Below the pieces are notes generated by a model. That model did no database searches and was not told the origin of the DNA. It saw only the letters and a list, made by a program, of their open reading frames with translations. From NCBI GenBank assembly GCA_009782555.1, contig WRIV01000012.1, forward strand, positions 1,470 through 65,469: a stretch of DNA of 64,000 bases. The letters are read 5' to 3'. The translations under genes and the position numbers were made by a program. Shown piece by piece: positions 6,803 to 18,196 of the stretch; the first letter of the stretch is position 1, and each line of letters begins with the position of its first letter. The DNA is from Treponema sp. GTDB lineage: Bacteria > Spirochaetota > Spirochaetia > Treponematales > Breznakiellaceae.

Positions 6803-9800
6803 CTATATCGTTTCAATCATCTTCGCTGCGGAGCGTAAAGCTTCTTCAAAATCGCCGTTTAACAGGTGTTCAGACATTGTCTCCAGCATCTTTTTGGTTG
6901 CCTTGGGCCATGACTTTTCCCTTAGATCGCCTATCGCGGCTTTCGCTGCTTTTTTGTTGTATACTTCGCACGCTTCTTTAATCACAGCCATTTTTTCGCG
7001 CAGATAAGCTCTATCTTCTTCCGTATCCGCTGCTGCTTTGCCGTCTCCGTCCTCTTCTGGCGGGGCAAGCTTTTCAATTAACGCATTCAGCCTGCCAAGG
7101 AATGCAGGGGTTTGTGCCGCCATGACGGCGGTGTCCTTTGCCCGTCCGGCCTGTTCCAGTTTGAGCGCGGCGGCGGAAAGCTCCGTTTCATCAATGTTTG
7201 ACAGCGCGCTTTTTATTCCATGGGTGTTGATGGTATACAGCCGTATGTCTTCATCGTCCCAGGTGCCGCGTTTCGCACATAATGTTTCCAGTGCAGCGAG
7301 GGTTTTTTTCGCATCCCGTACAAATATCTCTGCCAGTTCCGGGTCGATCAATGACTGCGCCGCAGTTCCCGTTGTTTCGCCTGCAGCCTGTGATGTCTGA
7401 TAGCCGCCGGCAGCATCTGAAGGATGTCTATCTCGCACAAATTTTTTTAGAATGGCGTTTAACTGGCGTATGTCAATCGGCTTGGAAATAAATCCGTCAA
7501 AGCCATTCGCCATGAATACATCGGACTGTCCCACCACGGCATTTGCCGTTAAAGCAACGACGGGCTGTGCGTATCCGAGTTCGCGTATTTTCAATGTTGT
7601 CTGAATGCCGTCCATTTTCGGCATCATGTGATCCATAAATAATATGTCATAGGTGCCGCCGTCCTTAATTTTGGCAATAGCGTCAAAACCGCTTGTAACG
7701 GTCTCTATTGTCAGTCCGTAAGGCAGCAGAAGCCCTCTGGCGACATAGAGATTCGATTCCACATCGTCCACCACCAAAATTTTGCCGTAGGGCATCTGCT
7801 CGAATACAACCTGCGCCCTTTTTAACTGCTTCTCTCCGTTTATCTGGAACTTCTCCAGGCTTTTCGCCAGTTCCCTGCCCAGAACTTCAGTGCCGGCAGC
7901 CCCCTGCGGTAAACGTATAATAAACGTTGATCCTTTGTCCAGTTCACTTTCGACATTGATCTCTCCATCCATCATGCGTATCAGGTTCTTCGTGATACTC
8001 ATGCCAAGCCCGGTTCCCTCTGTAGTACGATTGGTTTCCGTGTTAAAGCGGGAATACTCGTCGAACAATTCGGTGATCTGTTCTTCAGTCATGCCCTGTC
8101 CGGTATCATTTACGATAAAAACAATTGCTACGTTGTCTTTTGTTTTTTCGGAAGAAACGGACAATTTAACCGATCCCTCCTTTGTGTACTTGATGGCGTT
8201 AGAGAGTACATTGTTCAAAATTTGCTTGATGCGAAGTTCGTCTCCAGATAGGACAGAGGGAATATTTTCATCCACAGAGAGAGTAAAATCAATAGGTTTG
8301 CTGCCAATCCTCATCACATTTAGTGTCACGGTATCGTTGATAAGGCTTGCGGTTTTGTATTCGGCGGAGATCAGCTCCAGCTTACCGGCCTCTATTTTGG
8401 ACAAGTCGAGTATGTCGTTGATAATATTGAGCAGAAGATCACCTGAATTATAAATTTTTTCCAGGGCTTCCCTTGTTTTTAAAGCGAGCGCACCGTCCTG
8501 AAGCTGGATTTCGGCAATGCCCAAAATCGCGTTCATTGGCGTGCGCATTTCATGACTCATGGTGGCCAGGAAGTCGCTCTTTGCCTTGGAAGCGGATAGG
8601 GCTATGGCCTCCATCTCTTTTATTTTTGTTATGTCCTGCACAACTTCGATAAACCCTGCGGCCTCACCTTCCAGGTTTTTTAGTACCTCAGTATCCACCT
8701 GGTAAGCAGCTCCGTCGTGCGTAAAATATGTGCGCTTCAGGCCGCGTTTCGCGCAGGAGATACCGCAGTCGGGAGTATTGCAGATATTTACGTTCCAGTT
8801 ACTGCAAGGGTTACCCAGCATATCTTCAAGTTTTGTATTCAGAAAATCTTCTGCAGTTTTATTGACAAATGTCCAGCACATATTCATGTCTGTTACTGAA
8901 ATGGGAAGCGGCGTTGCATCAAGAATGGATTTATACCAATGTGATTGCAGAGCTGAGCGCTCGTGCGCCTCGCTAAGCTGATCCGACTGCAGGTTAAGGC
9001 GTACCCACATGTCCCATATCGTCCGCGCCAGTCCTCCAATTTCATCATCGCGGTCTCTGCCGAAGATATCGACCGCATCAGAATCGGCCTGTGATACGCT
9101 TTGTGTCAGACGGTTCAAGGGCGTATAAATATGCCGCCGCATCAGAATGTCCATGATCACTACATAAAGAAGCAGCGCTGACAGCAAGACGATCAAGAGC
9201 GGGAGAAAGTCCGCTATACCGGACAAGGAGCTGTGTTTGTAAAAGACGACAACCGACCAGTTCGTATCGGCGATCGGCTTAATAGCCGCATATCCAAAGG
9301 CTCCTCCTTTGGCCAGTTTGATTACTTCGGACTGCGAATGAGAATCAAAGAAACCGCTAATCCGGTTCTCATACGATGCAAGGGCCGCTGTAAAAGCAGG
9401 ATCGTTATTTTCATCGCTGATATGTCCGGGGGTTTCTTCCTGATCAATATCAAAAGAGGTGCTGGCCATCTGGATTATGCCATTCTTGTTGACAACATAT
9501 CCCTGAAGAGCGGCATCGCCGAATTCTTCAAATATTCCCCGAAACATATCGGAAATTTCCAGTCCGGAGGCAAACGCTCCTTCAGTTTTTCCGTTCGATA
9601 TTACTTTGTGATTGATCCATAAGTACCAAATGCCTGTTCTTTTTTCCGGGTCAATATTTAAGGTGTAGTCATTTTCGGAATTGATACATTCAAAATACCA
9701 CCGGTCGTCAGGACTTGCCGGGGTGAGTTTGTCAAAAGGAACAAATTCATCCAATGTTGCCTTGTTGTTGATTGAATACTCATTTAATGTTTCATGGATC

Positions 9801-10153
9801 CCAAAATACAGTTGGGCACCCTGAAAAAGGCTGGCATAATCCAATAACTCATCAAAGGCAGCGGCTTTTTTTAATGCATTTCCTTCTTCGGCAAACCAGC
9901 TTGTCATCGCCCTTGAAATGGCCGTCTTTTGTGTCAGAGCAAGATCCCTGTTGATATAATACGAAAATTTATCCGCCGCATCTATAGAAAAGGAACGGAC
10001 GATATTCATGGCGGCATTGTCATTAATACCGCTGACCAGCGTTAATATTATCGTTGTTATCATGGCAAGGATCAAGACAAGAAGGAGCATACTGATATTT
10101 CTGGCGCGTGCTTCAATTTTGCTTTTATGTTTCTTCAGGATGGCATGATTCAT
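6803..10153 (-). CDS. Hybrid sensor histidine kinase (Cache-like sensor-HAMP-4-Cys PAS-HisKA-HATPase-REC-HPt)
   Basis: 1116 aa. TM, then a roughly 270-aa extracytoplasmic Cache-like region, then a second TM. HAMP (DEIGGLARTIWDM), H-box SHEMRTPMNAILG, G-boxes DTGQGM and GTGLGMSI, receiver (VVDDVESNLYV, FMDHMMPKMDG, ISKPID). C-terminal HPt: INTHGIKSALSNI. Confidence 0.92.
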   Translation of the reverse strand: MNHAILKKHKSKIEARARNISMLLLVLILAMITTIILTLVSGINDNAAMNIVRSFSIDAADKFSYYINRDLALTQKTAISRAMTSWFAEEGNALKKAAAFDELLDYASLFQGAQLYFGIHETLNEYSINNKATLDEFVPFDKLTPASPDDRWYFECINSENDYTLNIDPEKRTGIWYLWINHKVISNGKTEGAFASGLEISDMFRGIFEEFGDAALQGYVVNKNGIIQMASTSFDIDQEETPGHISDENNDPAFTAALASYENRISGFFDSHSQSEVIKLAKGGAFGYAAIKPIADTNWSVVVFYKHSSLSGIADFLPLLIVLLSALLLYVVIMDILMRRHIYTPLNRLTQSVSQADSDAVDIFGRDRDDEIGGLARTIWDMWVRLNLQSDQLSEAHERSALQSHWYKSILDATPLPISVTDMNMCWTFVNKTAEDFLNTKLEDMLGNPCSNWNVNICNTPDCGISCAKRGLKRTYFTHDGAAYQVDTEVLKNLEGEAAGFIEVVQDITKIKEMEAIALSASKAKSDFLATMSHEMRTPMNAILGIAEIQLQDGALALKTREALEKIYNSGDLLLNIINDILDLSKIEAGKLELISAEYKTASLINDTVTLNVMRIGSKPIDFTLSVDENIPSVLSGDELRIKQILNNVLSNAIKYTKEGSVKLSVSSEKTKDNVAIVFIVNDTGQGMTEEQITELFDEYSRFNTETNRTTEGTGLGMSITKNLIRMMDGEINVESELDKGSTFIIRLPQGAAGTEVLGRELAKSLEKFQINGEKQLKRAQVVFEQMPYGKILVVDDVESNLYVARGLLLPYGLTIETVTSGFDAIAKIKDGGTYDILFMDHMMPKMDGIQTTLKIRELGYAQPVVALTANAVVGQSDVFMANGFDGFISKPIDIRQLNAILKKFVRDRHPSDAAGGYQTSQAAGETTGTAAQSLIDPELAEIFVRDAKKTLAALETLCAKRGTWDDEDIRLYTINTHGIKSALSNIDETELSAAALKLEQAGRAKDTAVMAAQTPAFLGRLNALIEKLAPPEEDGDGKAAADTEEDRAYLREKMAVIKEACEVYNKKAAKAAIGDLREKSWPKATKKMLETMSEHLLNGDFEEALRSAAKMIETI

Positions 10154-10197
10154 CCCCCTGTCTCCTTTTTATTTCGGCGAATTGTGCAAAAGTTTTT

Positions 10198-13224
<3,027 letters not shown>

Positions 13225-13228
13225 CTCT

Positions 13229-14308
13229 TTATTTTACATGACTGCTTTGCCGTGAAAGTTTAACCCTTGCCACTTCAAACTGGTTTTTTATTTCAAAAAA
13301 AACTTCCGTTATCCTGGGGTCAAAATGTTTACCCGATCCGTCCATGATTATGCTGACCGCTTCATCATTTGAGAAAGCTTTCTTGTAGGGGCGGTCGGAA
13401 GTAAGTGCGTCGTACACATCAACAATCGCCATGATGCGTCCGTGAAGCGGAATATCCGTTTCCTTCACTCCGTAAGGATAACCCTTGCCGTCCCATCGCT
13501 CATGGTGATACGCCGCCGACAGTTTGGCGCTGCTTAAAAAATCCACTTCGCCGGTCCGGCTGACCATTTGGTCGATTATCTGCTCGCCCAGTGCGGAATG
13601 ACTTTTCATCGTCTGAAATTCCTCGTTGGTCAGTTTATCCGGCTTGTTCAAAATAGCATCGGGAATTGAGATTTTTCCAATATCATGCAGGCGAGCCGAT
13701 GAAATCACCGATTCCAGATCCCAGCCTTCCATCTCGTCTCTGTATATGCCGCAGGCATTCATGGCGTCAATAAGCAGTTTCATAAATACCGTTGTCCTAT
13801 CGATGTGCCCCCCGGTATTTGTGTCGCGGTTTTCAACAAGATCCGCCATAGTGCACACAATGCCGTTCTGTAAACGTTCAAGCCGTTCCGTCCGTTCGCG
13901 GAGTTGTTCCGTCCGTTCACGGATTAACTCGTCGATGTCCAGGTGATTCTTGATACGATTCAGCAGAACCGGCACGGAAAAGGGCTTGGTGATAAAATCG
14001 ACAGCTCCCAGCTCTATCCCGTAAGCCTCGTTAACGGAGTCGCTCAGGCTGGTAAGAAATATGACCGGTATTTCAGAGTGGGAAGAACTGGCTTTCAGCT
14101 GTTTCATCGCCTGGAATCCGGTCATTTCCGGCATTTCAATGTCCAGCAAAATCAGGTTGGGCGTGATTTTTTCCATTATTGCGAACATTTTGGACGCAGA
14201 TGACAACGTTATCACCTGGTATAGATTTTCCAGCGCTTCTTCCGCTACTGAGAGGTTTGTGGAGTTATCATCGACCACAAAGATGGTTTTTTGCATATCT
14301 CCACCCAA
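13229..14308 (-). CDS. Response regulator with HD-GYP output (predicted c-di-GMP phosphodiesterase)
   Basis: 359 aa. REC (IFVVDDNSTNL, LILLDIEMPEMTGF, ITKPF), then HD-GYP signatures LHDIGKISIP, HHERWDGKGYPYG and DVYDALTSDRPYK. Its stop lies 4 nt from the next kinase's start. Confidence 0.9.
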   Translation of the reverse strand: MGGDMQKTIFVVDDNSTNLSVAEEALENLYQVITLSSASKMFAIMEKITPNLILLDIEMPEMTGFQAMKQLKASSSHSEIPVIFLTSLSDSVNEAYGIELGAVDFITKPFSVPVLLNRIKNHLDIDELIRERTEQLRERTERLERLQNGIVCTMADLVENRDTNTGGHIDRTTVFMKLLIDAMNACGIYRDEMEGWDLESVISSARLHDIGKISIPDAILNKPDKLTNEEFQTMKSHSALGEQIIDQMVSRTGEVDFLSSAKLSAAYHHERWDGKGYPYGVKETDIPLHGRIMAIVDVYDALTSDRPYKKAFSNDEAVSIIMDGSGKHFDPRITEVFFEIKNQFEVARVKLSRQSSHVK

Positions 14309-14449
14309 TAATTAGCTGATTTATTTACCAAACAAACGATACCGAACGGTAGTGGAATTAGCCGCAATAAGTATAGCAGAGACAGCTAAAATGTCAACCT
14401 TTTGAGGGTGCAGAGAAATCGCTTTTGGTATTGAATTTTCTGCCTTTTC

Positions 14450-15550
14450 GTGTATGCTTTTGTTATGGGAAACTCCAGCCAAATCATTACCAATACCTTT
14501 GGGATCCTTACCGCCGGGGGGGATTGCCCGGGGTTAAACGCCGCTATCCGGGGGGTGTGCAGGGCCGCCCATGACCGGTACCACATGAAAATCTTAGGAA
14601 TCGCCGGCGGTTACCGGGGGCTCATAAGCGGAGATTTACGGCCCCTTCAGCCGCAGGATTTTTCCGGTATCCTTACCCGGGGCGGAACGATCCTGGGGAC
14701 CAGCCGGGAAAAGCCTTTTAAGTCTACAGAGATTGGCGAAGACAAGGTCAAAGCGATAAAAGAAAACTATCACAAATACAAACTGGACGCCTTGGTGGTG
14801 TTGGGGGGAAACGGCACCAACACTACCGGTTATCTTTTAGCCCAGGAAGGGCTTAATGTTCTGGGACTTCCCAAAACCATCGACAACGATATAGAAGGAT
14901 GTGAGCGAAGTTTTGGCTTTCATTCCGCCATGGCGATTTGTACCGAAGCCATCGACCGGCTTCATTCTACCGCCGCAAGTCACAACCGGGTCATGGTGAT
15001 CGAAACCATGGGCCGCAAGGCCGGCTGGCTTGGCCTGTATTCAGGCATAGCCGGAGGCGGGGACGTGATCCTTATTCCGGAAATTCCCTATGATATAAAA
15101 GCCATAGGCAGGCACTTAAAAGAACGGGCCAAGACGGGAAAAACTTTTTCCATTGTGGTAGTTGCCGAAGGAGCCCTTTCAATAGAAGAAGCGAAGATGG
15201 ACAAAAAGGACCGGAAAAAGTTCCATACCGAAACGGCGGTTCCTTCCATCGGTTACCGGGTGGCCCGGGAAATCGAAACTGAAACGGGGATGGAAACTAG
15301 GGCTACCGTGCTGGGTTATGTCCAGCGGGGTGGCATACCAAGCGCTTCTGACCGGGTACTGGCTACCCGTTTCGGTACCACCGCAGCGGACATGCTGGCC
15401 CGGGGTGAATACGGCAAACTGGTCTCTCAAATAGGCAATGAAATTGGCCCGGTAGATTTGTCTGTCCCCGCGGGGAAAACAAAAAAAGTTCCCAGAGATG
15501 ATCCAATCCTGGATACGGCCATGGCTGTGGGAACCTGCCTGGGAATATGA
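14450..15550 (+). CDS. pfkA: 6-phosphofructokinase (PfkA family, phosphoryl donor unassigned)
   Basis: 366 aa. Motifs: GILTAGGDCPGLNAAIRGV, VLGGNGT, GLPKTIDNDI, MGRKAGW, LGYVQRGG. The start could instead be the Met at 14465. Confidence 0.88.
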   Translation: MYAFVMGNSSQIITNTFGILTAGGDCPGLNAAIRGVCRAAHDRYHMKILGIAGGYRGLISGDLRPLQPQDFSGILTRGGTILGTSREKPFKSTEIGEDKVKAIKENYHKYKLDALVVLGGNGTNTTGYLLAQEGLNVLGLPKTIDNDIEGCERSFGFHSAMAICTEAIDRLHSTAASHNRVMVIETMGRKAGWLGLYSGIAGGGDVILIPEIPYDIKAIGRHLKERAKTGKTFSIVVVAEGALSIEEAKMDKKDRKKFHTETAVPSIGYRVAREIETETGMETRATVLGYVQRGGIPSASDRVLATRFGTTAADMLARGEYGKLVSQIGNEIGPVDLSVPAGKTKKVPRDDPILDTAMAVGTCLGI

Positions 15551-15585
15551 TGCTCCCGCAGCAAGACAGGTATATCAAATTCCGG

Positions 15586-15637
15586 ATAAAAAAAGAACCT
15601 GACCACCGCAATCCAAAAAGGATTTTAGGTGGTCAGG
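15586..15637 (-). terminator. Rho-independent terminator for flaB
   Basis: On the minus strand, CCTGACCACC (15637-15628) pairs with GGTGGTCAGG (15607-15598), with an inner AATCC/GGATT stem. It is followed by TTCTTTTTTTAT. It lies 90 nt past the flaB stop. Confidence 0.7.
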
Positions 15638-15726
15638 CGCCTTCCCGAGTACGTCTTCTGTGGAAGTGAATTTACTTCCGTTGATGCCTGACTTAGGCCG
15701 CTAACCATCGGTTAGCGGCCCTGGTT

Positions 15727-16587
15727 TTACTGCAGAAGCTGGAGTACCGTTTGTGCCTTCTGATTGGCCTGAGCAAGCATCGCGGTACCGGCCTGATTGA
15801 GGATCTGGTGCGTAGTATACGACACAGTCTCATTGGCCATGTTGGTATCACGGATGCGGGATTCCGAAGCCTGCATATTTTCAGCTCCGATATCAAGGCC
15901 GCGCACAGCGTGTTCCAGGCGGTTCTGGTAGGCGCCAAGATCTGCTCTTTGCTTGTTGATCTTCTTAAGCGCTTCGTCGATGGTTCCAATGGCACGGTTG
16001 GCACTGTCCGGACTGGACATTGATAGTTTTGATTCATCACCAATATTCCTGACCCCGAGGGCCTTGGCAGTCATGGTGTTGATAAAGACCTGCATCCGCT
16101 GATCCATGTTTGCACCGATATGGAGCCACATAGAGGCGGTGACCACATTTTCGCCGATAAGCCGGCCAAATCGTCCGGTAAGCAGATTCATACCGTTGAA
16201 CTGAGCGTGAGATGCAACCCGGTCTACTTCGTCCACGAGCTGGGAAATTTCCACCTGGATGTACATCCGGTCTTCCGCAGTATAGATACCGTTAGAAGAC
16301 TGTACCGCAAGTTCACGCATGCGCTGCATAATATCCTGGGATTCCTGAAGGTAACCTTCCGTAACCTGAATGAACGAAATACCGTTCTGGGCGTTGGTAG
16401 ACGCCTGATTCAAGCCGCGGATTTGGCTTCTTAACTTCTCGGAAACAGCGAGTCCAGAAGCATCATCACCGGCGCGGTTGATTCGCATGCCGCTTGACAG
16501 TTTCTCCATGTTCTTGTCCAGAGATACCTGGGTGACCTTGAGGGACCTGTCGGCAAACATTGCACTGAGGTTGTGGTTAATTATCAT
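15727..16587 (-). CDS. flaB: Flagellar filament core flagellin FlaB
   Basis: I trimmed the ORF-track start to the Met at 16587 ([16 protein letters not shown]...), which has an AAGGAG RBS 8 nt upstream. 286 aa. Conserved flagellin N- and C-termini ([21 protein letters not shown] ... [17 protein letters not shown]). Confidence 0.93.
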   Translation of the reverse strand: MIINHNLSAMFADRSLKVTQVSLDKNMEKLSSGMRINRAGDDASGLAVSEKLRSQIRGLNQASTNAQNGISFIQVTEGYLQESQDIMQRMRELAVQSSNGIYTAEDRMYIQVEISQLVDEVDRVASHAQFNGMNLLTGRFGRLIGENVVTASMWLHIGANMDQRMQVFINTMTAKALGVRNIGDESKLSMSSPDSANRAIGTIDEALKKINKQRADLGAYQNRLEHAVRGLDIGAENMQASESRIRDTNMANETVSYTTHQILNQAGTAMLAQANQKAQTVLQLLQ

Positions 16588-16895
16588 ATTGAACACTCCT
16601 TTGGCAGTTTCCGGCGGTATTCTGTCCCTGTGACAGAACACCGCCGCGGCCTCCATGCCGTTTGTTTTTTAGTTCTTTAGCCATAAAGAACCGTGCCTTA
16701 ATTTTCCTTTCGGAAACTTGGAACCCTCGACCCACCCGTCCCCGGAAGGGTGAGGATATCCCGAACAATACAACCGCGGCGGCCCGACGGGCGCGCTGTT
16801 ATTTGTCCAGTTCATTTTTAGTGTCGGTTTAAAAAAAAAATGCTTTAGCGATTTTGAAGACTTAAAAACAAAACCCAAACCTGCCACAATGGGGC

Positions 16896-17252
16896 ATGGA
16901 ATTTTTCCGAATTTTTCTAAAAGCGCCCATCTATGAAAACCTATCTTGCTATATCGTGAATACTCATGAAGCTGCGAAGATTGATCCTCAGCCGGATCGC
17001 TATCTGGATTCAAGGCCAAAGACAACGGCGGAACTATATCCGGGAGAATATTTTTTTACCCAAATTCGAAGAGAACTAAAAGAAGACAGCGAACTGCTTG
17101 AAATAGCCATGGAACTACAAAAAGAAGGGCTTTGGAGGCGGTTTAAACTGGAAAACAAGTTTTATGTACGCAGCCTCTTCGAGGACGGCTCTCCGGTTTC
17201 TCAACTTTGGCGGCCCCTTATTGTTCCCCATTATAGTATCGGCTTTCCATAA
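16896..17252 (+). CDS. Hypothetical protein (start uncertain)
   Basis: 118-aa ORF, co-directional with and 27 nt upstream of the next membrane-protein gene. No recognisable motif. It competes with a less protein-like antisense ORF. Confidence 0.35.
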   Translation: MEFFRIFLKAPIYENLSCYIVNTHEAAKIDPQPDRYLDSRPKTTAELYPGEYFFTQIRRELKEDSELLEIAMELQKEGLWRRFKLENKFYVRSLFEDGSPVSQLWRPLIVPHYSIGFP

Positions 17253-17279
17253 AGGTTCTTTAGTAATATACTTTCATCC

Positions 17280-18113
17280 ATGACTCTGGCCCAGCGGAAT
17301 CTGTACTTTAAAACAGGTATTTTACTGTCCTCCATAAGCCTTGTGCTGCTCCTGGTATTAACCGGAAAACTGCTGCCCTTTCTGCCCCAATACAGCGAAG
17401 CGGCGATATACCGTCCCGAAGGGTTTTTTCAAAAACTGGCCGGGCGGTTTTTTTCCACCGTACCTCAGGTTCCTTTTGTTTCCCTGTTTATCTCGACACT
17501 ATATGCATTAGCTGCATCCATCGCCGTATTTTTTTATTTTGAAAAAACCCAAACTCCGGAGATTTTGTTTTTTGGCCTTTTTGTTCTGTCCTTTGTTTTT
17601 GAAACCCTCAGGATCATCGTACCTCTCCGGGGGATTTATGAATTTCCCCCGGTACTGCTGATCTTGGGAACCAGGCTGTTAATCTTTGGCCGTTTATTCG
17701 GAGTGCTTTCCCTTTTTGCTTCCAGTATATATGCCGCAGGATTGGACATACAGAAACAGGGCAGAGTGATCGCAGCCATCATCATAGCGATCCTTGTGAT
17801 TTCCTTTAAGCTGCCGGTTACCGGAGTATCCTGGGATACAAGTTTTACCATATTATTCGCTTACTCATCCATGTTCAGGTTTGCGGATGATGTTCTTATG
17901 GTAATAACGGTGATTAGCTTTCTGGTTGCCGCTTACATCAGAGGAACAGGAGATTACCGATTTGTCGCTCTGGGTGCTCTGTTGGTTTCTCTGGGCCGTT
18001 TACTGCTTATCAATACCGATATTTGGATAACCTCTTTTCTGGGGGTAATAATGCTCATCGCCGGGACCTGGTTCATCACAACCCGGCTCCACCAGGTGTA
18101 TCTGTGGCTGTAA
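17280..18113 (+). CDS. Polytopic membrane protein of unknown function
   Basis: 277 aa with about 8 hydrophobic segments. No catalytic motif recognised. Confidence 0.6.
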   Translation: MTLAQRNLYFKTGILLSSISLVLLLVLTGKLLPFLPQYSEAAIYRPEGFFQKLAGRFFSTVPQVPFVSLFISTLYALAASIAVFFYFEKTQTPEILFFGLFVLSFVFETLRIIVPLRGIYEFPPVLLILGTRLLIFGRLFGVLSLFASSIYAAGLDIQKQGRVIAAIIIAILVISFKLPVTGVSWDTSFTILFAYSSMFRFADDVLMVITVISFLVAAYIRGTGDYRFVALGALLVSLGRLLLINTDIWITSFLGVIMLIAGTWFITTRLHQVYLWL

Positions 18114-18196
18114 CTCTGCGTGCCAAATGCGCTCTCTTGACACCCCCCCTCATGTAGTGTACCGTTGTTCATACAACCCTATATATAAAGGAAAAA

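Noticed and set aside
15695-15719. Perfect hairpin GGCCGCTAACC-atc-GGTTAGCGGCC next to the flaB stop, considered as the flaB terminator.
   Set aside because: On the flaB strand it is not followed by a U-tract. The downstream hairpin at 15598-15637, which has a T-run, is the better terminator. This hairpin may still stabilise the transcript, or serve weakly as a terminator for pfk on the plus strand, where it is followed by CTGGTTTT.
16669-17025. 118-aa minus-strand ORF, and a 63-aa ORF at 16577-16768, in the flaB upstream region.
   Set aside because: Neither has an RBS or recognisable motifs. They overlap the structured flaB leader and the more plausible plus-strand ORF, so I treat the region as non-coding or regulatory.
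18114-18196. Possible NrdR box or B12 riboswitch upstream of nrdJ.
   Set aside because: The region is only 83 nt. CCCTATATATAAAGG is a weak partial resemblance to an NrdR box and has no second box. No cobalamin-riboswitch core motifs are present. A TTGACA-17-TACCGT promoter is possible, but I did not call it.
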